A stretch of DNA of 64,000 bases from Amphiscolops sp. MND2022 (Eukaryota), in NCBI GenBank assembly GCA_964187785.1, contig OZ076409.1:78680001-78744000 (forward strand), written 5' to 3'. Every line of letters begins with the position of its first letter. Position 1 is the stretch's first letter. The translations under genes and the position numbers were made by a program. This document shows, one piece after another, positions 21,801 through 32,400 of the stretch. The notes under the pieces are model-generated. The model did not search any database. It worked only from the letters and a program-made list of their open reading frames with translations, and was not told the DNA's origin.

Positions 21801-22197
21801 CCTTGCTACTAGAAGCTTTACTGGATTTCACCTTTTTTGAAGTCCTAGATGAAGATTGTGATGACCGTTCAACGTTAGGGCACTGGTCTATATACTCCCT
21901 TGCACTCCTGAGAATTTCATCGTTTTGAACACTGGTGTCATTCAGCCACTTTTCCAAATCGGCTTTTACAGATGCAGGGTCACTTGTTTTCTTAGCAAGT
22001 TCGAGGAGCTGTTCATTCTTGGAGAACGCTTTGGTCATGGCTTCTTCGCAGTAAGTGACCAACCGTTCGATGCGGACGCGTCTCTCGGCATTGTTAACTG
22101 CTTCTGTCACTTCCCTTTGAATTTTGTTTAGGTCGGCCTCGGCTTTCGCACGACTGTCAAACAACTTCTGTACTTTCTCGTGAACGGGGTCAGACAT
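15817..22197 (-). CDS. gag-pol: BEL/Pao gag-pol polyprotein (2126 aa)
   Basis: BEL gag (YSGDPLQWHEW), three Cys/His knuckles, protease LCDSACS, RT (YLPHHPV, ADIEGMF, YMDD), Pao RNase H (FGDSS, NPADAGTRG), integrase (GIDYFGP, SDNGTNF, GGVWER). Confidence 0.98.
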   Translation of the reverse strand: MSDPVHEKVQKLFDSRAKAEADLNKIQREVTEAVNNAERRVRIERLVTYCEEAMTKAFSKNEQLLELAKKTSDPASVKADLEKWLNDTSVQNDEILRSAREYIDQCPNVERSSQSSSRTSKKVKSSKASSSKVSKSSSQRQRELLIAQHKREEVERQNEAALRLAKQKQELELEQLQEENRKRLAAAHLVELELQDDLSEANEDLHETLSRLSGTSAANENQRINEWINNSPVVTINNNQPQAVVPIGIATSIATTTAVTSSLPPLGNADPTTMTPDGTNQAPTAVGVPTTVVPVPTVGPNAVAQAVTSLTPTEPTVPVPGPSTSAISQQLPILQATSTFSHVPQPPLVPPRMPTFTMPVNHLLPNLSAWTFPNPTINPTPIVTTASPQTPPTSVSTIPVAITPVSSVPSIPVTRGGAVYYVPLTTLSNPTVYTTTQPTTTLSPTAPTFVPAGTTLIQQPSTTGFSLQDLALLLASTKKDHLPEWKLAQYSGDPLQWHEWFGQFKSAIDSAPLTDDVKLTYLKTLVTGKAKTAISEFAYCGAMYKDALKALERKFGQPQTVVTAYLDKLSNFPPLKMHNSENIISYSATICSLVGVFRSLNYLQDLSSASLLGQAVQKLPPNMKEAWSMHTVKRTLDRPTLIDFNDWLKDKAEAHERMKSASLKPKTEDSTITATKTKTVSKVFASTASSSQQRSNSKSKVEQLSNCVACKDKHPLWRCPVFRKKTPTERARIVADNKLCFSCFQPNHSFRQCPQPRKCTKDGCESSHNTFLHGAERIFTKNAVSSSKVKPETSGCIGTSINSEKPEESSGMPSVTDVKGLLQVTEVELQSHGKSEKVLALCDSACSHSWISANLAKKLNVNGKPTQLTVHGINSNQVVDTQIVELKLTPVHSGGSCSPFVVKPYVREDLSVGTDFIDVDFLKTKYPHLEPIALKKYSYADVEMILGQDVFHSIRPLEYFDSDRKNTPVAVRLPLGWVLSGPLPSTSGFYSTCFKAVTCDKQLDTELVDQLRSWYDMESYGTYKQADSRSAADARASKILDETTYHDGCRYQVGMLWAEDGSSLPNNYFSALVQLKSLERRFSKDPELKQHYGKTIQDDLEKGYIEKIDKTDCFKVDNPREWYLPHHPVVHPHKPGKVRRVLNGTAKFQSKSLNNALLTGPDLLQSLIHILIRFRQFKYAVSADIEGMFLQVGVIPRDRPSLRFLWREDPTSEIAVYQYTRHIFGSKDSPTCANYALKRTGTDNQSDFPQAAQSVHRSFYMDDYLESSPTVEDASNKAKDLVKLLAKGGFKLTKFVSNVSQLPTKLEPDLTSNQEKEIPIAEECSHVLGLKWNHSTDTLVVSRGTSPDTTKKITQRVVLSLVSAVYDPIGLVAPYTVQARLLLKDIWRLSGQQWDDDLPDEIVTKFIEWSEELTTLGEIEIPRSYFEGRVESMELHMFGDSSQDVFSAVAFLRGKVTAANRTCTELAFVFGKARVAPMKALTIPKLELQASLLAARLRKEIQNALTLKIDKIFMWTDSTTVLHWLNSLEKQPVFVTNREAEILELSTVDEWNYVKSSDNPADAGTRGICAKSLRDSPWLTGPSFLKTPDWPFVPPTNVKFKLKAKTTELHETNYTTFETDTALSATVASIASTFEWQKYSSYEKLLRVVAYALRLLPKNEGYRSISGSVTDPQELENAQCRLFYLVQHESFPTEKTSLLKGSPLNSTSKILQFSPFIGPQGLLRATGRTKRLEVSNFDAKHPVLLDSRHPVIRLFLEHLHQTHCHQGIDYLRALVQQQFAIVKLRASLRTVVSKCVTCWKRRANTINPIMADLPRERLAYREPPFTNTGIDYFGPFYVSVKRSTEKRWGFLFTCLTTRAVHFEVVPTMDTSSCVMGIERFAARRGTPSVLWSDNGTNFVASEKELLQNVAAWNQQTLSETLVKKRIQWKFNPPSAPHHGGVWERIVRSFKHIFYAILGNRRLTDEILTTTFCLVEQSLNSRPLVPASSDATDLDALTPNHFLLGTAGSTMPSHQRADIDHRKRYVRAQAYSDAIWERWLREYVPSLNRRSKWSAPPERDLITGDLVWIVEPTSPRGHYPLARVVKLNYGTDSVARSAELKTATGNLVRPIVKLAPVLPSPDSPNLS

Positions 22198-22627
22198 GAT
22201 AATGTCGAAAGTGGAAATCGGTAACCGTTTGTACTTTTCCCGACGTCAACCAAACAATCAAGTTTGGACGCAGTTCAAGGAAATGTTTAGTGGTGAGGAA
22301 TACGGGGTCAATCAGTGACAGCACGGTGTTTATACAGTGCTTAGAGAAAGAAATTGGCGGTTTTTTTTTTTTGGTTTTAAGTTAAAAGTAGTCACAGACT
22401 ACGAGGACGGAACACGATAAACTCAAAGTCGCGTCGACTCAACGCGGTAACAGTTGACGGTGGTGCGGGTGAGGGACGAAACGACTTTCAGAGTATCATC
22501 CAGTCAGTCAAGGCTGGACACAACTCTGAAAGAAGGAGGAAGAGCTGAAGAAACTTCAACCGATCAGTGAAGTTCGGACACTGTCTCGACAGCTGGAACC
22601 AGCGGGGGGGGGGGTTGTCAACTGAGA

Positions 22628-23236
22628 CTAAAAGGAGGCAGCGGCTCTCTTAGCAGCGTTCCGGGCACGCTTACTTGGCCGTTTGGGTCGGCTTTTATCA
22701 GTTATTGAGGACAGTTCGTTCTCATTACGGAGCAGAAAGTACAAATTTTTCAGTTCAAGCTCAGGGCTCTGATGCAGTGCTTTAAATTTTTTCAAAAGGT
22801 CGGCATCCTTCTGTTTTTTCAGGGAAATAAAGTCTTTGACTATATCGAATACTTTGATATCAAGATCGGTTTCCAATGTTTTCAATGATTCAAAGATCTC
22901 GGGGGTACGAAAGCGGTGGCAATACACCAGAGCACTGAGTTTTTTCTGAATGTGTTTCAAAATTTCAATTAATTCTGACACTGATAATGCACAAAAGTTA
23001 TTACTATGATGTCGGGAAATGCTGTTATTTAGGACATCGTGCCAAATGACAATGTTGGTTTTGTCTTTCAGATCTTTCGAAAGCAAATTTTGAACAATTT
23101 TTCTGGTGTTTTTCGTGTTCGGATTAAGACTTAGGCCCGGGATCGAATAGATTTTCTCTTTATAACGGTTGTTGTCTTCAGGGGTCAAAGTTTCTAAAGC
23201 ATGATGTAGCGAACTTGCTGCTATTATGAAAACCAT
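22628..23236 (-). CDS. BEL extra ORF upstream of gag-pol; SGNH/GDSL-hydrolase-like fold (~202 aa from ATG 23236)
   Basis: Blocks FIIAASSL, SIPGLS, VIWHDVLNNS and ALHQS fall in the order and spacing of SGNH blocks I, II, III and V; basic C-terminal tail. Confidence 0.6.
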   Translation of the reverse strand: MVFIIAASSLHHALETLTPEDNNRYKEKIYSIPGLSLNPNTKNTRKIVQNLLSKDLKDKTNIVIWHDVLNNSISRHHSNNFCALSVSELIEILKHIQKKLSALVYCHRFRTPEIFESLKTLETDLDIKVFDIVKDFISLKKQKDADLLKKFKALHQSPELELKNLYFLLRNENELSSITDKSRPKRPSKRARNAAKRAAASF

Positions 23237-24155
23237 GAGTGTTTTTTCGTTCAATGTTTTACCAAATCCAAATGAGGCAAAAATTGGCTTTCTATAAATT
23301 ACATTTACATATTGACATGAAAGGTCATTTATTTTCAAGACTTCATTTTTCAAGAAAAATTCAGCAAGTTGACCGCCGGCACTTAATCTTCAGAAATGTG
23401 ACCCTTGATAACCAAATTTTAGCAAAATCGGACGAAACTTACCAATCACTAGACAAAACAAAGTGATGGTAGTTTAGATATTCGAAAACGGTAGCTTCCC
23501 GAAGTTCAAACTTCTTGAGAGTTCATCTAATGGATATTTACGGACGCTAGTAACGTTATATTGCTATCTCGATATTACAGCACCTTATAATGAAGTTTTC
23601 TGAACAGTACATGAGTTGTTTATTTCCACATAACCGTTTTCCCCTGGCAAGAGGTTGTTCTGATGATGAGACACTTTTCTGGGTTTCTTTGGGCCCCCTT
23701 GGGTGTGAGTTTACTGTGGTTGAGTGGGCGCCTCGTTGGGTTCAAGGGATCGGCGGTGTTTGAGAAATTCTGATGGTTTGATCAAAGTGACTGGGCCTTC
23801 CGGATTTGAAGAATCATTCGGTGTAAGAAGTTTGACTATCTGCTTTCATGCCCCGCAAATCCAACAAATATAATCTGAGTGCTGTGATTGATTCAGGCGG
23901 GTATTCATCTTTCAGATGGAAGCAGACAATATAATGGAAGCTAACTTGATCAGAGGTAAAAACTGTGCATGGTTGATCAAAGAAGCGCAACTCAATAATT
24001 AGATACAATTTGTTTCGCAGGCAAATTATTCTGCGAGTAAATGTTGACGATTCGAGTGAAAGCGAAATTTATATTCTGATCGGATGGTTTTTTCGATAAA
24101 TATATTTCATTATGAGACAGTTCGATCACATGTTGACACTAAATCCTGGTTTACT

Positions 24156-24173
24156 ATCCTGGTCTGGACACCA
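24156..24173 (-). other. BEL primer-binding site (TGGTGTCCAGACCAGGAT)
   Basis: 18-mer starting with TGG directly after the 5' LTR and ending in GGAT, as expected for the complement of a tRNA 3' end. Confidence 0.8.
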
Positions 24174-24521
24174 TAAAGAAACTGTATTTTCGAATCGCCT
24201 TCGGCTAATAATACAGTCCGTTTGCAAAGAGTTTTTTGAACGCAATATTAAAACATTCAAAGACATCAGTGAATAAATCGAAACAACTTGCAAAAGATCA
24301 ATATTGTTTACAAATATAATTAAACAAATTAAAGTTTCGAGATAGCAAATTATTTGAATGATATTTGAAAAATATATTTTACTATTTTCAGAAGTAGCAA
24401 ATATTTGACGGTTTCGGGAATCGAACCGGTAACCTTCAAATTCCGAGTCCCATACTCTACCGACCGTGCTACGGTCACTTAATTTTGTTTGTTTTAATTC
24501 AACCATATTTGCTTTGCAACA
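24174..24521 (-). repeat. BEL 5' LTR (348 bp)
   Basis: Direct repeat of 15310-15657. Confidence 0.95.
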
Positions 24522-27500
24522 CTAGGAGATTTACTTGACCCCGCTACGGGATTTAGGTTTTGATTAACCTCAGTTATTGGGGTCTCCATTTCGGTGGAAA
24601 CTAGTTCTTCAACAGCTTTTCTCTTCTGGCTTCTAGTAGTCATTTTAGATAGAGCGAGAGAGAGGTTGTTCTTTGGAAAAATTTGAATTCTTCAAAGAAA
24701 TATGGTTTTCGAAACGAAGTATTAACGGAGTAGTCTAGGAAACAGATTAACTTATTTTACAAATCCCTAGGTATATATACTTTCACAGCATCATTTGTTC
24801 CTCACCTAAAAATTCCTAGGAATCCTTAAAATCGGTTTTGTTCAACAAAAATGCTTAATCATCGTTATTATTTCAACCCTTTTATTACTTGTTCATGATT
24901 TAAAATTCCTAGTCACGGATCCCTTACGGAGTACTTGTTGAAATCATTTTTGTTCATTAACATCATTTCCGGTTTGATCGCGGAAAAGGCGGCAAAACAA
25001 GTGTCTAGTTGAAACTTTATCGCGGAAAGCACGCGGGCGTGAACGATGATTCACTTTACGAGCAGTAAACTTTCAACTTGCGATAAAAGAAATGACAAGC
25101 GAAATTTGTTACGGAGACATCTCGGACGAATTTTGGATTGATAAACTGTGATATTTGAGAAGGAACAAATGATGCTGGAAAAATGATGAATACGAACTAA
25201 AAAACCTGATTATTGTAAATCAGAAAACAACCAACAATATTCTATCTAACTTTACATGAATTGAGTCAGTTAATACTGACAAATGCAACAATTAAATAGT
25301 ATATTCATGAAAGCAACGTTTCTACAACGTGATTAATACACAAAGTATTCTTTTACAGAATAGGAAGAAGCACTCTTTTGTAAGGATTCACTTTTATCCT
25401 AATTAACAGCACGAACTTTTTTTTAATCGATCACTAAAACGGAGAAAATCCGGGTGGAAAAAGTAAAACCTTATGATAATTTAAATATCTCGGGATAATT
25501 CTACATGACCTCGGGAACATCCTAATGTATTTGGATAGCTTCTGTGTTTTAGAATTTTCCACGCTTGTCTTACATGTATTAACATTAGGTATAACTTCGT
25601 CGATTTACAATTCGCTCCGTAAGCGCTCCGTACGTATTAAGATTAGGTATAGCTTCTTTGCATTACAATTTGCTCCGTAAGCGGTCCGTACGTATTAAGA
25701 TTAGGTATAGTTGAGCAGTGCTTGCTTGCGGAGACAGAGCGGACTGCGTTAACAAATTCATTCTTATTCTCTCGCTCAATTGGCGTTGCTATGGTAACTA
25801 GGGGTGGTGAAAGACGACGCTATTGGTCCGTAAAAATAGAAACATCTACCTTTCAATCAAGCTTAGTGACGCTGCCATTACGTTGTAAATATTCTCTTAA
25901 GTTGTTTAACTGCATTCTTAAGTGGATATTCACAACTAATCAATCATTGGAAAACAATTCCACCATTCTCTTTGTATGTTCTTTCATTTTAGATTGTATG
26001 CGTTCCGTTGGGATCACGGAATTAAATATTGTTTTAGTGTTTTCATTTTAGTGTGGAGAAAAAGAAAAATTGATCCCAGTGTTAAGGATGTTTCCTTTTT
26101 AATATTTAGATTGGCATGGAATTTTCATCAGTCAAAACCGGAAGTGATGAAACGATTGCATGTGAAATCATTAAACCGGAAGTTTTCTTTTTGTCTAAAT
26201 CATTTTTGAATAATTTACGTTGCACTTCCGTTAAACTTAATTCGTGCTGCTGTTTGGATAAAAGGTAAGGCATTAAATAGTTTACTTAATGTTGTGTAGC
26301 TCTGCCGTGTCCTTTTCCTCGCGTGAATTGCGGTATTCCTCCACAGCAAGTAAAATCCCGACCGGGAGCGGGTCGTGACAGCACCTGCTAACTAGTACCA
26401 CGTTCAAAAGGAGATTTCATTTTGTGACCAGATAGAGTTTCGAAATAAAAAGGCTCAAAAGTGAGTCTTTAAATCACTAAATAGTACTAAACAAATATAG
26501 TACAAAATAATACGTTAAAACTTAAATCGCAATGTGTTTGTGGGAATCGCACTGTTTATTGACCCGAAAAACAATAAAGGGTAATAAATAACTACAAAAT
26601 TTCGGGTTTCCGGATATTTCAGTGAATACCACGTGCTTTGTGATTTGCGCAGAAATTAACCAGCTTCCAAGGTCGACAAAACTTCATTTTCTATTCGATA
26701 TAAATTTTCTTCCAAGAAAAGTTTTCGCCTTGATATTCTCTTGAGATGTTTACTCATCAACCGTTGAAAAAGGATAGTCGAACACAAACAGGATTTAAAA
26801 GTCAAATAAACAAAAAATAGCTTCAAAGTTTGAATACGTCGTGATGTTCATTAAAGTTCTGAAATATCGTTCTTGAAAAAACTTCCAAAGAACGTGTCCT
26901 TGATTAGTGAATAGCATTAAAAAAATTGAACAACTATCGATTACTGATAAACATGTATTTATGTTCGACATTACAAGCTACTTTATAAGTTGATTTATAG
27001 CTAGTTTACCAATTTTGATAATCGTAATTTCCGTAAAAATTTTAACTTGTTTTTCAAAAAGCAAGCAGTTTTTATCTCGTTTCCATCTCACTTCATTTGA
27101 AAAAGTGGTGGAACTTCCAAAAGTAGATATTACCAATTTGCTCGAATTCTCCATATCACAGTCCTTCAAACGACTTTCCTTCAGAATCTTACCTGTTTGC
27201 TGAAAGTTTCGTTTGAAATCAATAGTTTCCACTGTGGACGGTTTACGCTAAACCCAAGCATGCCTACTCTTGGCAGCATTGATTGTCAAAAAAACATTGC
27301 CTTGTAATACATTCAAGTGTGTTTTAAATACAAAACATAGGTTCATTTTGAGGAAGGAGCTTTTTCATTTCGGAGATTAATTTCCATGTTTGTTCTTTTG
27401 ATATGATCAACAATGACGTCAATGGTGGCCTATAGGGGATTATAGTAACAACTAGGTTTCGCAATTGCGCTTCTAATCAGTCACCATACTTGTATATTTT

Positions 27501-28749
27501 GATACTGAACTTGTTTTCACTACAACCATCCGGAAAAATTTACACAACTTTCAAGAACATATTTTCAATTTGTTTGCCCAATTATTTGGTATAAAATCAC
27601 TTTTTACAGCTCCAAAAGCCCAGAAACTCAATCATGGGAATCAAGTTTTAGCTCGATAGTTTTAATTACACGCGCTTGTGTCATGCCTAGATTGTAAGGC
27701 GAGGCTTGTTGAATATTTTAATATACTTCTAGTTTTGTCTTGAAAGTGGATGTTTTGGAAACATTTTAAAATCAGTTCGTGTTTGGCAGCGCCCTGCTTA
27801 CCAAAAGCTACACGTGGAGCCACTTTGACAGTATCTTAGGAGTGCTTCAGGGTCCAGTAGGTTTTGGAGCGCTAATATTGTAGCAAGAACAAAAATGCGC
27901 AATAATAACAAAACTTAATGTATATTGAAAACATGCGAGATATTTTCCGCCCAAAACTGTTCTAGCAACGACATAAGTTTAAGGCTTGAGTGTAGACAAT
28001 GAACTATGAAAATGCAAAGAACTTTGAAAGTATGAGAGATTAGATTATTGCCATTTATTATCACATTTTGAAAGAAAACACTTAATTTGAGAACATAAAT
28101 GTTTGGTTGATGAACTGTGTGAATACCGGTACCCGCGTAAAAAAACGCTATCAAAATGCCAAAAAGTTCTAAAGTTGCGAATATTGAAGGAAACTCAGTT
28201 CTTGAAAGAATTGGTGAAATTTCTAGATACCATCTCCCAAAGCAAGCTGAATTTCCATTGTTGCAGTCACCTCGTCAACTGATCGTCGACTTGCCGTTGT
28301 GAATTTAGCTCTAGGTCACAAAGACCTGACTGCCCGTTGGTGTCTTATTATTTTCCGCCCATATTTCATATGGGAAAGGAAAATATTTAAATCGAACGGT
28401 TTTTTTTACAAAATTTGCCATGAATTTATTTATATCAAAGCTAAAGGGTTTCACCCATAGAATTCAGCTCACATAAATTTAGCTTCGTGCGATTTGTACT
28501 TGTGGAGATTTCCGGACTTTTTTAGTTGACCACAAGGACCAAAGAATGACCCCAAAATAACTCAAAAATGACCACAAAAAGCGAAAATTTGCGTTTTTTT
28601 ACGCTCTAATGCAATTTTTGTCAAGATTCCGATAAATATCGTGGATTAGAATGTTGAAAAGATTCACTTTCAACATGTGGAATATGCACATGTTATCAAT
28701 CTTGTTAGTAAAATTTCAACAGCAGAATTTTCAGTTGCTCCTGGACTTT

Positions 28750-28887
28750 CAAGTCGTTCATCCTTAGCTTAGTGGGATGATCACTGACAAAGAACAAGGC
28801 ATTTGGCGGAGAAAAGCAAAAATAAAAAAAGCAGCGGTGAACAATCGCATCTTTGTGACCTTGAGCCAATCACTTTGAAATCACAGC
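28750..28887 (+). mobile_element. SINE internal fragment (also 33851-33988)
   Basis: Similar to the body of the SINE at 51818; inverted copy of 29316-29453. Confidence 0.75.
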
Positions 28888-29159
28888 ACTTGAAAAATCA
28901 GTTCTTGATTTTGGTCTTTTAATCGTTTGTTCGTAACGGACTATTTGAAACGCTTAATAATCAACTCACATACATCAAAGCATGCTTCAAGTCTTTGTAA
29001 ATAAATAAGATAACAGGAGCGGTTTTTTATTTATGCCTATGGTATCAAAATTGCAGTAAACTAAATGTGCTTCCCGTTTATGAGAACAGAAAGTAAGTCC
29101 AGTTTAGTATAAGCATTCCAAAATCCATTTTACAAAGATTTTAGACGGCGTAGACCAAA

Positions 29160-29490
29160 AAAAGGAAAGTTCATCTCCTTGATTCCGCGGGGTGGACGCC
29201 AAAAAATACAGTTCTGCTTTTCTAAGTCGGCGCCTTTTCAGATACGCAGAAAGCTTTAGTACCATATTTGCACCCAAGTAGTCCAGCAATGGTCAACTTG
29301 GAATATTGGTTTGAAGCTGTGGTTTCAAAGTGATTGGCTCAAGGTCACAAAGATGCGATTGTTCACCGCTGCTTTTTTAATTTCTGCTTTTCTCCGCCAA
29401 ATGCCTTGTTCCTTGTCACTGATCATCCCACTAAGCTAAGGATGAACGACTTGCTTAAGACCCAATAATCGTGAGTTGGGAAAGATACCA
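29160..29490 (-). mobile_element. 5'-truncated tRNA-derived SINE (also ~34261-34591)
   Basis: The reverse complement shares AAAAGGCGCCGACTT, GAAAAGCAGAACTG, GGCGTCCACCCCGCGG and CACTTTGAAACCACAGC with 51818-52178. Confidence 0.8.
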
Positions 29491-32400
29491 ATAAAAGAAG
29501 ATTTTTTTCGGGAATCAGTTACACTTCTTGCAATAGTTATAGCCTTACTTTAGTTGATACACGATGACATCACAGATAAAAACTGAACTCCTCAGTTAAA
29601 ATGTACAAGGTTGAAAAATTTTATGTCATTCTCTTAAATTAGGATGTCTTACGCCAAAGTCTCCTTAGTTAAAATCTCCCGTATTATGAAATTATGATTA
29701 GCTACGTTCGTATACCAATAGTGACCTAAATGCAGGACCGAAGCGAATAAGAGAGACGTGCCATTACTTTACCAGCGCGAGCGACTGGTTTTACGAAGGC
29801 GGAGGTGAAGAAGTGCGAAGCACCTCTGGGGAAGGAACACCGAGTGATACAACCAGTGCTTTGATTTCATTCGATTGAGAAGAACTTAACCTAGGAGCTT
29901 TTGACGTGGAAGATTTCAACATGGATGACACTGTTACATAACAAGTATCGCAAGCGAAAACTATGAAAGCTCATTATATTCTTTTACAAGCATTTGACAA
30001 CAAAATTCATGAGCAAAATTTCGTCCAGATTTAGGGCAGAATTACGATGTTCTCTTCGGTTTCCAAAGCGAATCAAGTTTTAAACAAAAGCTGTTTCACA
30101 TTGTATATTGTCGTTTTGGAACTTTGAAATTAGCAATATTTCGAAAATCACTGTTCTGAAAAAAAACTTTCCGGGATTATTTTTGAAGCTTTGGTATATT
30201 TTACTAAGTCGTTTTTTCTGACAAACTGGTTTCTCAAGAAAATGAACAGCTAATTGAAAAACAGTTCTAATTTCATGGATACACTACAGTAAATTTGTCG
30301 AGTAAAAACTGAACTGTATTTACTGTTTCAGACTTTTAAGCTATGTAATAATTAAACGACAGCGTTTCCAGAAAACGTGTTGGCTTAAAAACTTACAGGT
30401 CAGAGTCGTAGGTACAGGATGTGTGTTGGTATTTTCCGTTGTTAATAGTGGTTTGCGAGATAATGCGTGATATTTTTTTAAATACGATACCAAACACTTC
30501 TTTGATTCCAAAACAAAAAACACTTCTGTAAATAATCGAAAATCCAAAGGTTTTTGCTCATGAGTTTTTGTCAAATGAAAATATAAAATCTTAGTGTGCT
30601 TTCAAATATTTCGCTGGTAAGTTTGAGTGTTTTAGTTTTTCGCTACCCTTGTCTTCTCAATTAAACTAACCAAGAGAACAAGTTAGCAATTAAAATGGTT
30701 TCGTTCATAGAATGGAACAATGAATTCACAAGGGTTAATAATGTTGGTTGCCGCCAATGAGTGTTAGAATGCCAGAATCATATGGGCTACATATTCAGAG
30801 CCTGTACAGATCACTGGTACTTTCTTCGATTTTTCGATCTTTTTTTCGACGTTCCTGCTAGGTATTCTGATCTATAAGAAAATAGCCATGTAATCCATTG
30901 CTGGCTATGGACACCATCTCATGAAACGCCATGAAAAGCTAAGGTTATCTAATCGAACTTTGAATTGAACTTAATTGGTGATTTTGGCAACCCGTGAATG
31001 ATATGATTATGTACAGATCGAATATTTATGTCCTCACCATCTGTGACGTATTTCAATATACGTATTTCAAGTCGTCGGCTTTTGTTAAGCACTAATCATT
31101 TTGAAAACGTGACGTGATAGCGTTTGAAGACATTGGCGAAATAGATACGCATGTTGGGTTGTGAAAACAAAACCATTACGCAATTGTTTTGAAAACATTA
31201 AACTTGTCATTGTGAAATTATTTAGGAGGCCGTTGCTTATGAGAATTGCTGGCGTGCAATTAGGAAAGGTAAACCGGAATAACAGAACATTTGTGGGGCA
31301 CTTTGCGGATATGTACAAGAAAATAATCTTATCTGAAGGTAGAAGAGACTCCCAGCGAAGGCGGATCTGATTTAATAACACAAGCACGCATGAACAGTTT
31401 AGGAGCGTTTGAAGCTCAAGTCAGAAGATCTCGGATTAGGAAACGTTAGATAAACATGAAAAACTCGGGATTGTTTCACATGCACCTGCTAACTAGTACC
31501 ACGTTCAAAAGGAGATTTCATTTTGTGACCAGATAGAGTTTCGAAATAAAAAGGCTCAAAAGTGAGTCTTTAAATCACTAAATAGTACTAAACAAATATA
31601 GTAAAAATAATACGTTAAAGCTTAAATCGCAATGTGTTTGTGGGAATCGCACTGTTTATTGACCCGAAAAACAATAAAGGGTAATAAATAACTACAAAAT
31701 TTCGGGTTTCCGGATATTTCAGTGAATACCACGTGCTTTGTGATTTGCGCAGAAATTAACCAGCTTCCAAGGTCGACAAAACTTCATTTTCTATTCGATA
31801 TAAATTTTCTTCCAAGAAAAGTTTTCGCCTTGATATTCTCTTGAGATGTTTACTCATCAACCGTTAAAAAAGGATAGTCGAACACAAACAGGATTTAAAA
31901 GTCAAATAAACAAAAAATAGCTTCAAAGTTTGAATACGTCGTGATGTTCATTAAAGTTCTGAAATATCGTTCTTGAAAAAACTTCCAAAGAACGTGTCCT
32001 TGATTAGTGAATAGCATTAAAAAAAATTGAACAACTATCGATTACTGATAAACATGTATTTATGTTCGACATTACAAGCTACTTTATAAGTTGATTTATA
32101 GCTAGTTTACCAATTTTGATAATCGTAATTTCCGTAAAAATTTTAACTTGTTTTTCAAAAAGCAAGCAGTTTTTATCTCGTTTCCATCTCACTTCATTTG
32201 AAAAAGTGGTGGAACTTCCAAAAGTAGATATTACCAATTTGCTCGAATTCTCCATATCACAGTCCTTCAAACGACTTTCCTTCAGAATCTTACCTGTTTG
32301 CTGAAAGTTTCGTTTGAAATCAATAGTTTCCACTGTGGACGGTTTACGCTAAACCCAAGCATGCCTACTCTTGGCAGCATTGATTGTCAAAAAAACATTG

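Larger units (their letters stand above)
15310..24521 (-). mobile_element. BEL/Pao LTR retrotransposon, full length (9212 bp)
   Basis: TSD CTAGG at 15305-15309 and 24522-24526; 348-bp LTRs; PBS and purine-rich tract; uninterrupted polyprotein ORF. Confidence 0.97.
1184..26380 (-). mobile_element. Ty3/Gypsy LTR retrotransposon A (~16 kb without the nested BEL), with long LTRs and accessory genes
   Basis: 5-bp TSD GCACC at 1179-1183 and 26381-26385; the empty site is visible in units 2 and 3. Termini TGTTACGAC...GTCGTGACA; domain order gag-PR-RT-RH-IN. Confidence 0.97.
15045..26380 (-). repeat. 5' LTR of Gypsy A, split into 15045-15309 and 24522-26380 by the BEL insertion
   Basis: Colinear with 1184-3302 on both sides of the insertion. 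Confidence 0.95.

Noticed and set aside
8839..22131. Many plus-strand ORFs over the Gypsy A and BEL polyproteins
   Set aside because: Antisense shadows of long coding frames, with no motifs.
24405..24478. Functional tRNA-Pro(CGG) gene
   Set aside because: Acceptor and anticodon stems do not pair properly; kept only as a tRNA-like cassette.
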